Notes under the pieces: model-generated
The model's database searches: none
Seen by the model: the letters and a program-made list of their open reading frames with translations, nothing else
Told to the model about the DNA's origin: nothing
Shown here: positions 1 through 14,871 of the stretch, piece after piece
Numbering within the stretch: the first letter of the stretch is position 1
Layout of the letters: each line of letters starts with the position of its first letter
Assembly (NCBI RefSeq): GCF_009914755.1
Contig: NC_060943.1
DNA from: the human T2T-CHM13v2.0 reference genome, Homo sapiens
DNA: 64,000 bases
Direction: 5' to 3' (one strand)
Program-made: the position numbers and the translations under genes

Positions 1-2994
<2,994 letters not shown>

Positions 2995-5218
2995 GGAAAA
3001 GCTGTTGCTATGAGGAGACATTGTTGGACCCACATGGGCCTGAGCTCGGTGGCATAGGCCAAAGCTTTGTAGAAGGGGGTGTAGTATTCTGAGGCATGAA
3101 GTGACTGGACATGTCCTTTTGAAGTCTACCCGCCACAGACATGCACGTGTGGGCTGTCGTCAGCTCTGGGGAGAGCATCCCATGGCCACAGACTGGAAAG
3201 GAAAGCTTCTCCGCCCAAAGGGAGGAGGGGGAATTCACGTGTTGACTGGTCGCCTTGCTTACCTCTGCTGGGATGCAGTGACAGAAATGGGGCCAGCTTT
3301 GTCACAGGTGCCAGGCTTAGCTGCAGGTGCCAGGTTTGCACCTTGCTCACCCAGGCTGGGGCTGCTGCTTGTGTGTGGCAGTGCTGTCTACCCTGGACTG
3401 TGTCTGAAGAGCTCCCCCTTGCCAGCCCCATGGTGCCCAAATCAGAACCACCAAATCTCAGGGTTCAGGGAGACCTCAGCCCAGCTCTAGTACGGCTCCT
3501 CTGTCACAGTCCCCTCTCTCCTGTGTGATTGGGCATCCCTTCCAGTTGGTGGCCTTCCAGAGCTTCTTGTGTTAGACCCGGCTTCTCAGTGGGATGCAGC
3601 AGCTTCTGTGGAAAAAAGCCCCCAACTTCTGCTCTTCTGTTGCATCACACACGTTGCCACTGTCCCCACACACAGCCTCTAGCTGAGGAGCCTCACCTCT
3701 GGGGCCACACTTCTGACGGCAGGTGCTGGCCCCGCCACTCTGAGGACCCCGAGCCCCTCCTGTCCGTGCCACAAGAGGGGACCACAGGAGGCAGACGCTT
3801 GGGCTGGCAGAGGGCCTGTGGTCTGGGCTCCTGCGTGTGGGTGCATGTGTGTCAGGGGCTCGGGCTCTCTCCCACAGCTGTCCTCCTGGCCCCCTGTGTC
3901 TTGGCAGTAGCTGCTCTCGATGCAGCTCTGTGCTTTCCCAGTGCCTGTGACATTCCCAGCTGCTGCTCACCCTTGCCCTAGAGATCTCCAGCCCCAAGGC
4001 TGCCCCCAGCCGTGGATCTCCAGGCCTCACTGGCTCCTCCGCACTCCCTTCGTGAATACTCTCTGCTGCATCCAGGATGGTCTGAAAACTCCCATCTGGG
4101 CAGGTGCTTTCATTTTCCACCCCTGACTGAGTCAGCTTCCAGGGGTGACACCAGGGCATTCTGACCCTCAGCTAGGAGTGGCCGCTGTTGCCGCATGAGT
4201 GGCAGAGACCATCGGGCTTCAGCCTCACCTCCCTGGCCCTCTGCCTTTTTTATGGGCTTTTCAGTGCCTGGAGCACCTCCTGCTCCCCCTTTTCCTGGAG
4301 AACTGGCCCCTCACTTCCCATACTTGCCACACATGCTGCCCTGCCCCATGCAGTCCTCCCACAGAGTGCGATGAGTTAGGGTCTCCTGCTGTGCTCCGGA
4401 TCCACCTTCCAGCAACCACCGAGGCTCTTGTCAGGTGCAGGTTGCTCTGAATGTGTGTGGCACATGCGAGTCGCTGGGGACAGCGTTAGGCTTGTGTGCT
4501 TGGGACCCTGGGTGGTCTGATGGGCTGTGGTCAGTGGCCTGGACTAGCCTGGGAACTGTTGGAACATGGAACTTTAGGGCACAGTGGTCCCTGAGTTGGA
4601 GCCTGTTGTCTGAACTGCCTTCCTGGTGTGCATCTTCAGTGCCATCCCGCAGTTCTGCCTGTGTCAGCCCTTCCTGGAGCCCCCTCCCTCCCCTCTGAGA
4701 GACTGACTTTGCTTATAGCCAAGCATCTTTCAAATGCCTCTTGCTCAGAAGGACTAACCTTGCCCCCCAAGACCCATTCTCCAGTTGAAACTGATTTCTC
4801 GTGTTATGCTTTGCTGAACGTCCTTCCTCTCTGCCTGACCTCTGACTGCCAGCCCTACTTCCGTGTGACACCTGGGGGCCTTGCTGTGGCCAGGTCACCT
4901 CTGAGCTCTGTTCCTTTCTGAAGCAGCTCCCACCCATGGGCCTGTGGGGTCTGACTCCAAGTGCGAGCCCCTCCTCTGATGTCAGAAGGGCATGTCCCCT
5001 CCTGCCCAGGCACCCACTGGGGCTCTATAGCTTCCATTCCCCTGGCTGGATTGGAGGGGAGTAAGCCTACCCTCTCAGGCCAAGCGGGCCGCCTTCTTGT
5101 TACCTGGATACCTGGCAGCCTCTGTTCTCAGGACAACCTGTGGAAGCCCCAGAGCGAGCCAGTAACCAGGTGCCAGGTGTTTGCCTGAGAATTAATCGTT
5201 GTTTTCTTTCTTTTTCAG

Positions 5219-5236
5219 TGGTTGATATCACAGCAA
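5219..5236 (+). CDS. MAU2: MAU2 exon 2, 18-nt microexon (WLISQQ)
   Basis: Pyrimidine tract + ttcag|TGG TTG ATA TCA CAG CAA|gtatccttt. Confidence 0.93.
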
Positions 5237-5622
5237 GTATCCTTTCCGTGTTGGTATGGTTCCCTTTAAGGAATTCTCCACTTAAATAAAAAGAATGTAT
5301 CAAAGCTTGAATCCCACCTCCCGACATGCCCTGTGAGTTGAGGCTCGGCCCACAGAGCACCTGGAGTGTCCCCCACCTGGCCCTCTGCTGCCCTTGGGCG
5401 CTGTGCTCCTCTTTGTGCTTCTCTTCGTACCTTGCATCCAGCTCCAAGCCCTGCCCTGCAGCAAGCTCAAGGTTCACTGGGGGAACAGGAAAACTTGGAA
5501 TTTCAGGGCAGGCAGGGACGTGTGTGCCCTGCAGACCTTGGCAGGGTAGGAGCCCCAAGCTGTGGCCCTTTCAAACCGACCTTTTTCGCAGTGTCTGTAC
5601 TTCCTTAACTGGACGTCACTAG
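5237..5622 (+). other. MAU2: U12-type (minor spliceosome) GT-AG intron, MAU2 intron 2
   Basis: 5' site GTATCCTTT (5237-5245); branch point TTCCTTAAC (5601-5609) about 13 nt before AG (5621-5622); no pyrimidine tract between them. Confidence 0.93.
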
Positions 5623-5688
5623 ATCCCACAGTTCGAAGATGTTAAATTTGAAGCAGCAAGTCTGTTGTCTGAATTGTACTGTCAAGAG
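5623..5688 (+). CDS. MAU2: MAU2 exon 3 (IPQFEDVKFEAASLLSELYCQE)
   Basis: ctag|ATC...GAG|gtaaga; 66 nt, phase 0/0. Confidence 0.95.
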
Positions 5689-5792
5689 GTAAGAACATAT
5701 TAAGGTTTCTGAAAGCAAAGTGTCTCTCCGTGTCGCTAAGACATGACAGCACATTGGTAAATTGGGGTTCCGGGAGTTGGAATCCCTCCGGC

Positions 5793-6075
5793 TTTTTTTG
5801 TTTTTTTGGTCGGGGTGGGAGGACAGGGTCTCACTCTGTCGCCCAGGCTGGAGTGCATGGCACAATCATGGCTCACCGCAGCCTTAAACTCCTGAGCTCA
5901 AGTGATCCTCCCACCTCAGCCTCCCGAGCAGCTGGGACTATAGGCATGCACCACCATGCCTGGCTAATTTTTTTTATTTGTTCTAGAGATGATCTCGCCC
6001 AGGCTGGCCTCAAGCAATCCTGCCTCGACTTCCCAAAGTGCCAAAATTATACACAGGAACCACTGTGCCCAGCCC
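5793..6075 (-). mobile_element. Antisense Alu (AluJ-like), MAU2 intron 3
   Basis: T-rich tail followed by reverse-complement Alu sequence. Confidence 0.9.
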
Positions 6076-6671
6076 GGTGGCTTTTAACACTCAGATTACT
6101 TTCCTGCCTCTTATGCCCCAGCCCCAGGGCTTTGGTGGGTAGCCACCTGCTAAGGAGGGCCGGCAGCTTCCTTTTCTACATAAGACTGTTGGAAAGATCA
6201 GCCTGTTCCTCACCTGACAAGTCTGTACAGTTTCTCTTCTTAATCTGGTTCCTAATTTCAATTGTAGCTGAAATCTGCCTTCCTCCCACCTCAGAATGAT
6301 GACGGGTAAGGTGGCATTGGCAGCAGGGAATGTGTGTGCTTCACACCCTGATGCCTCTCTCTGGTCTGAGAACATAAAAGAAGGGAACTGGCGTCTGATT
6401 TGAGTGTTTAGAATTTTGAACTGAAACTACTTTCAGTCCAGTTGAATGAGAAGTTATTTTAAGAGTGATGCAGAAACTTCCCAGCCAGTGAGTCCAATAA
6501 AATATCTTTTTTTACTTTTAATAAAGTAAATTGGCAACCCCAAAAAATCCTTTGGTAAGCATGAACAGGAACTGCCTTCTGGCACCACAGCTGCTGCTAA
6601 GGAATCCAGCTTGATTGCCGCCTTGTTTTTTTTTTTTTCTTACATTCCCAAACGTGACTATTTCCTTTCAG

Positions 6672-6767
6672 AATTCCGTTGATGCAGCAAAGCCGCTGCT
6701 GCGGAAGGCGATCCAGATCTCACAGCAGACCCCATATTGGCACTGCCGCCTGCTCTTCCAGCTCGCT
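6672..6767 (+). CDS. MAU2: MAU2 exon 4 (NSVDAAK...LLFQLA)
   Basis: tttcag|AAT...GCT|gtgagt; 96 nt; inside ORF 6615..6920. Confidence 0.95.
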
Positions 6768-8346
6768 GTGAGTACCGCGGCCCGGGAACGAGGGTGCCCG
6801 GCAGGGACCATGACCCTGGGGCACACCTGCCCCATTTGCAAAGAACAGCAGAGTCCACGATGCGCAGACCCCCTCGGGCTGGCACATGGAGTGGGTGGGG
6901 ACATGGGAACATTTCCTTAACCTGCACACAAGCCCCTTTCAGCCTCCATCCTTGAGAGCATCTCTGGCTTGAGCCTGGCTCTCGGCAACACCCAGGGGTG
7001 AGTGGTGGGAGTGCGGGGCTTCCCCGGGGCCAACACTGACAGCGGGCCTGCTGCTTGTTGGGTGTCTTTGGGTTCCCCTCCCTCCCAGCCGTTCTCATCT
7101 CATCTTTGGCCTGCACTCATTGAAATCCCAGGAACATTTCCTGCCAGAGACCCACTGTGGGTTTTTTTTAGGAGCTACACTGAGACTCCAAGGGGCTGCC
7201 TATCAGGCCACAAATGGCCATGTCAAGCATTGTGTCCCACATGGGGCCCCTCACGTTGGAGGCTGCTGGGGCACACCCTCATCCTGGGATCCACACAGTT
7301 CCTCCTCATGCTCCCTTTGGCCCCCCCAGATATAGGTGAAGCCCTGGTCTCTGAGCTCCACAGTGCTCGGTTGTTGGGGGACTCTGAACTCGGCCTTCCC
7401 GGCTGCAGTGGAGGGGCCGGCAGGCTCCACCACGTGGGGCACCTCTCCTGTCCTGGGCTCCACCCATACTTCTGCACTGGGGACCCTCAGGCGGGTGGCC
7501 GGCCCCCGGCCTCTCTCTTCCATGACCCAGCCTGCCTTCCGGGCCACCACTTAGCCACCTCCCATGACACCTATGCAGTATGTGGACCCTGGGTTGGGAG
7601 TTCCTCCAGCTGAGTCCCTCACCCCAGGAGGGTCTGGCTGAGAAAAGTACGCACAGGGAAGAGCTCCCCCAGCAGCCAGGAGTTCCCGAGGCCCTCCTCC
7701 CCCAGGCCTGATGAGAAGCTGCATACACATGCTGTGTCCTTCCATCTCCCCACGCACTCTTGTGCCCATTAGCAGACAAAGGAGCAGGCCAGGCCGTGAG
7801 TCACCTCCCCTGGGCCACAGAGTTGGCAGGCACCATGTGCACGCACACCCAAGGGCCGAGCTCTTCACCACAGCCCCATAGGTATTGCCTTGCAGGGTCA
7901 AGCCAGGCATGTGCCTCCCTTTCAGCCTGTTCAGACTTTGACACTTGCCTCTGAGGGAGTCCCTCCTTGTCGGCCCTGGAACACACTAGGGACACCCCAC
8001 TGAAGACAGACCCCACAAAGCACTCAGAACAGCCTTAGGTGCTCACACAGCCTTGGGGGTCTGTGCCGTGAGCCTTGGCTGCTGGTTCTATGCTCCATTA
8101 AGTTTAGATAGTGTCCACTGCAGGCACCATTCAGTTTAGATGACATATATACTACAGGCCAACTGGAGCTGTGTACCCAAAGCAATTAGCGTTGATAAGA
8201 TAATTTGGTTAATTTAGCTCAAAACTGACACAGGCAGTTTCACTGACGTGGGGAGGTTTGGTTGAGTTTGCTAACAGAGCACGAAGGCAGGTACCATAAA
8301 ACTGATGGGTTTGGCAGCAAAGGTCACTGCTCTCTTTCCTTTTTAG

Positions 8347-8441
8347 CAACTGCACACGCTTGAGAAGGACCTGGTGTCTGCCTGTGACCTCCTGGGTGTA
8401 GGGGCCGAGTACGCCCGGGTGGTGGGATCTGAATACACACG
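8347..8441 (+). CDS. MAU2: MAU2 exon 5 (QLHTLEK...GSEYTR)
   Basis: ttttag|CAA...ACA CG|gtaggc; 95 nt. Confidence 0.95.
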
Positions 8442-8539
8442 GTAGGCACCCACTCCCCTCCTTCCCTCCTGCTCTGTTAACAGGAGGGGCTTGGCCATCT
8501 TGGTCCAGGACAAATAACAGAAATGGCATTTCAGGTGAA

Positions 8540-10284
<1,745 letters not shown>

Positions 10285-10347
10285 TCACAGTCATCCCAGG
10301 AGGCTCCTGGGCCTGCTAGGACCTGACCCCTGCCTCTTGTTTTGCAG

Positions 10348-10375
10348 GGCGCTGTTCCTCCTCAGCAAGGGGATG
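10348..10375 (+). CDS. MAU2: MAU2 exon 6 (ALFLLSKGM), 28 nt
   Basis: ttgcag|G GCG...ATG|gtaagt; completes the phase-2 codon from exon 5. Confidence 0.94.
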
Positions 10376-10753
10376 GTAAGTTGAGGCTGGGCATGGCTGG
10401 ATGCAGCTGGTGTTGTGGAGGTGAGGCAGGGCCCCCACAGAGTCTGCTCAGACCCCACCCACTCTCCATGGCATGGCCCCTTAGGCGCCCAGACCCTTAG
10501 GCACAGTGAGCAGCCTGGAATGTGAGGCCCGGGCCCTGCTGGGTTCAGGAGGGAAACTCAGGCTGCACCCTATGGGATTCATGCTGAGGCAAGAGCCTGG
10601 TTAGGAGCTGCCTGGGCTGGGGTTTCAGGCTGGCCTTGCCCTCTGGATTGGTGGCAGCAGTCCCAGGGCAGGTGGGCAGGTGACCCTGTGCTCCCGGTCC
10701 TGGGAGGGCCCCTGCAAGCCCTGTACCCTACACCTGCGCCTCTCCCTCCCCAG

Positions 10754-10909
10754 CTGCTGCTGATGGAGCGAAAGCTGCAGGAGGTGCACCCGCTGCTGAC
10801 CCTCTGCGGGCAGATCGTGGAGAACTGGCAGGGGAACCCCATCCAGAAGGAGTCGCTGCGTGTCTTCTTCCTGGTGCTCCAGGTCACCCACTATCTGGAT
10901 GCCGGGCAG
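10754..10909 (+). CDS. MAU2: MAU2 exon 7 (LLLMERK...YLDAGQ)
   Basis: ccccag|CTG...CAG|gtgtgt; 156 nt; inside ORF 10688..10945. Confidence 0.95.
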
Positions 10910-12036
10910 GTGTGTGGCGCCTCTCAGGCGAGCTGCTGGTTGTGACCAGTGGGTATGGGTGGTACCCAGGCCAATGGGTCTTGGGCTGTGAGGTCAGCTG
11001 TGTCATCGCCTTACCTTGCCACACAACAGGGCTGTCATACCAGTCCCGGACACACACACTCCTGTCCTGCTCTGCCACGAGTGCTGGTATCTGGGAACAG
11101 GGTCTGTCCTGGCCACCCCACCTCCCTTTGGGAGTACTATGTGTGACATTGCATACACTCGCTCAGTGTATGGATGCTCAGAGATTCCAATGGCAGTTCA
11201 GGGAATCATGAGAATAAACCACAGAGGTGCTGGGATGGCACCTGCACACAGCAGATGCCCAGGTGCTGTCTGTCTGGCCCCCGGCTGTGGGGTTGAGTAG
11301 GGACTGATGTGCTCAGCCATGTCCGAGACTGGACTCATGACCCTGCCGTGGGTGGGGAGCGGCTGTGTTTGAGCTCCTTGTCTCTGTGCTTGTGTGACAG
11401 TCTCAGCCCTTCGGGGGCTGGGGGCTGCCCTGTGCCACTCAGACCCACCCCTGTCGCAGTGGGCCACAGGCGAGTCTCCACAGGGCTTGGTAAGGGGGTT
11501 GCCCAGTTCGTCCATCCATACCCATCGTTGCCCATTGGGTGAAGCACTGCACTCGGCGCATAGGGACACAGAGCAGACTGCAGCCACGCTTCCCTCAGGG
11601 TGCAAGGGCTGCAGAGACATCCCTCGGGGCCTCAGGGCGAGATGGACCACAGCGCCTGCCTGATTCCTGGGCCAGGAAGCCACCTCCCACCCCCTCAGAG
11701 CACAGCCTCCCCCTGCCGTCTCAGGTCTGGCTGCGTGAAGACCAAGTGCAGCTCCAGCAGGGTCTGGATAGGCCTCTCCTGGGCCTTGGTGTTGGACCCA
11801 ACACTGGGCAGTGGACAAGCCTCAGTCCCACAGCTGCCCGCCTGGCTGTGCCCCATGCCCCAAAAGCCTGGCTGATTCATGGGAGTGCGGCAGGGGCGGC
11901 TTCATCTTGCAGGAGGTGGCCCTGGCAGAAGGGGAAGGCAGATGCTCCCTAGAGGAAGGAGCAGGGGTGGCTGGGCTGGGCCTGGCTTCCTGAGAGGCCA
12001 GGCTCAGGTGGATGCTCGGGTGTGGGTGCTGCACAG

Positions 12037-12183
12037 GTGAAGAGCGTGAAGCCGTGTCTGAAGCAGCTGCAGCAGTGCATCCAGACCATCTCCACACTGC
12101 ACGATGATGAGATCCTGCCCAGCAACCCCGCTGACCTCTTCCACTGGCTGCCCAAGGAGCACATGTGTGTGCTTGTCTACCTG
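12037..12183 (+). CDS. MAU2: MAU2 exon 8 (VKSVKP...CVLVYL)
   Basis: gcacag|GTG...CTG|gtgcgt; 147 nt; inside ORF 12022..12372. Confidence 0.95.
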
Positions 12184-12277
12184 GTGCGTCCCCACCAGGG
12201 CCCGGGCCAGGGCGGGGGGCGGGGGCAGGGAGAGGGAGAGGGCCCTGGTAACACCTGCTGTCTGGTCTTGTCGCTAG

Positions 12278-12368
12278 GTGACTGTGATGCACTCCATGCA
12301 GGCCGGCTACCTGGAGAAGGCGCAGAAGTACACGGACAAGGCCCTCATGCAGCTGGAGAAGCTCAAGA
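12278..12368 (+). CDS. MAU2: MAU2 exon 9 (VTVMHS...LEKLK)
   Basis: cgctag|GTG...AAG A|gtaagt; 91 nt. Confidence 0.95.
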
Positions 12369-13338
12369 GTAAGTCAGGTGCTCGGCTGGCCACATGGCCA
12401 CAGCGACCCCTGGCGGACGGCCTGGCCAGACGCTGGCTGTACCAGGGCCCAGTGACCCTGTGTGACCGCAGCGCCCAGCCACCCTGCCTGGTGGGTCTCG
12501 TCACCCCTAGTTGATAAATGCTGGTGTCCAACGTCAGAGCAGAGCAGACAGGCCTGGGGTCGGGGGTACCTCCCTGACTGGTCAGGTCCCTTGTGCCCAG
12601 TCATGCTCAGTTGAAACAGGTGGTAGCTGCTTTTCCCAATTATTATCAGTGTTGTGACAGGGACACTCGGGATGAGGCCAGGATCAGAACTCAGCCCTCA
12701 CTGACCACCAGCATGTCCTTTGGAGGTCGTGAGTTCTTTCCAGATGCTCAAGTGTCTAATCCATCCAGGGACCTTTGACTAGCACAAACCCAGAGCAGAC
12801 GTCCCTGGCTGGTATAGTGTGCCCATTAGTCGGTCTGTTTGCTCCCTCGTGAGTGCTGCTGGGGGAGAAGGCATCAGAGCCAAGGCAGCCCAAAGCCGGA
12901 TAGGCCCTGTGCTTCTCTTATTCCCATATGAGGATGGTTGCTTGGGGCTGTTGGGAGGTGGGGCCCAGCCCAGGTCCCCCTACCCGACTGCCTGAGGCTC
13001 TGCTGCATGGTGTCATGATCCAGGGTGGTTTCCACATTTCTACATTTCTAGAACCTGCCATGTCCACAAGCTCTTGAGCACGTAGGGTGAGGGTGAGGGT
13101 GAGAGCCAACCCTTCTTGGAGCACTGTGGGAACCAACCTCTGGCTCCAGCTCCGTCTCCCCACCTGGACAGCAAGACACACTCCTTCACTCAGAGGGTGC
13201 AGTGGGGACTAGGGGAGATGACGGGGTGGGTGCCTAGCCAGTGTGGCAGGAGACAGGAACGAGGTGGGGGCACGGTGGGCTGGGGGTGGCGCCTCCTCTG
13301 GCCTCCCCTGCATGCTTACCCCTGACTCTCACCCATAG

Positions 13339-13442
13339 TGCTGGACTGCAGCCCCATCCTGTCATCCTTCCAAGTGATCCTGCTGGAGCACATCATCATG
13401 TGCCGCCTTGTCACGGGTCACAAGGCCACGGCGCTGCAGGAG
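13339..13442 (+). CDS. MAU2: MAU2 exon 10 (MLDCSP...TALQE)
   Basis: ccatag|TG CTG...GAG|gtaagg; 104 nt. Confidence 0.95.
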
Positions 13443-13615
13443 GTAAGGCTGGAAGCAGGAGGGGCGGGAAGGCCCAGGAGTTTGTTGGGTCTCAGCAGTG
13501 TCAGACAAGAGACTGAATTCACCAAGTGCATACTGGCAGGCCAGCCCATCCTGCTGTCTCGCTGTCGGCCAGCGTTTTACAGCCCTGCATGGGCACCACT
13601 GATCAGAGAATCTCA

Positions 13616-13933
<318 letters not shown>

Positions 13934-14350
13934 CTAATGGGCCATGGCCCAAAAGCTTGCACACCAAGGGGATAGCGCACATGGTCTCTGGGGATTTGGG
14001 GGGTCCTTTGACAGTGATTGTTATACCCCACCCTGCCATTAGGAACACTCTACCCCCAGTACCCACCCTCCTGAGAGGGCATGGGGGCCCTCAGTAGGCT
14101 GGAGGTCCTTTACAACCCAGACACCTGTTGGACAGAGTGGAAGAGACGAGTAACAGACAAGGGTCCCTGTCCACGATGGGATCTGGGCTGCCCTTTGCCC
14201 TCATGGTGGACGTGTCTGCTGGGGCTTTGTACCCCAGTTTGGTCAGACAGGACATGGGCTCACCCACCAGCTATGGGGTCTCTCCATTGCTGCTCAGACG
14301 CCAGGTCCCAGGTTGCAGTCCTGTGATGGCAGTACACTCTCTCCCGGCAG

Positions 14351-14428
14351 ATCTCCCAGGTCTGCCAGCTGTGCCAGCAGTCCCCCCGGCTCTTCTCCAA
14401 CCATGCAGCACAGCTGCACACATTGCTG
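14351..14428 (+). CDS. MAU2: MAU2 exon 11 (ISQVCQ...LHTLL)
   Basis: cggcag|ATC...CTG|gtgagt; 78 nt. Confidence 0.95.
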
Positions 14429-14610
14429 GTGAGTAACCCTGTGACAACACCCCGGGAGAATCCAGAATGTTCTCAGTAAGTAAGTACCTAACCAGATCCA
14501 GAACATTCCCAGTGAAGGACCCCCTGACAGCACCCTAATCAGAATCCGGAATGTTCCCATAGGTAATCATATAACCTTCCCAGGCACGATCCGGAATGCT
14601 CCCAGTGAGC
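14429..14610. repeat. Degenerate ~36-48 bp repeat with core ATCCRGAAYRYTCYCA (4 copies), MAU2 intron 11
   Basis: Cores at 14460, 14496, 14544 and 14589. Confidence 0.75.
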
Positions 14611-14805
14611 ATCTTGTCCCACCCCACATTGGCTTGGGTCTGAAAGGTGGGGACAGTGAGCATATTACCTGCCTTGCAGCTGGCTCGGTAGAGCCATTGT
14701 CATACTCCTCCAGGGCAGCCGTGCAGGCCCCGGGCACACCACGTGTCTCTGATCTGAGCCCCCTCCCCAGGGGCCGGCCCTGATGACAACACCACCTTCT
14801 TCCAG

Positions 14806-14871
14806 GGCCTGTACTGTGTCTCTGTCAACTGCATGGACAACGCGGAAGCCCAGTTCACCACGGCCCTGCGG
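14806..14871 (+). CDS. MAU2: MAU2 exon 12 (GLYCVS...TTALR)
   Basis: ttccag|GGC...CGG|gtaagg; 66 nt. Confidence 0.95.
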
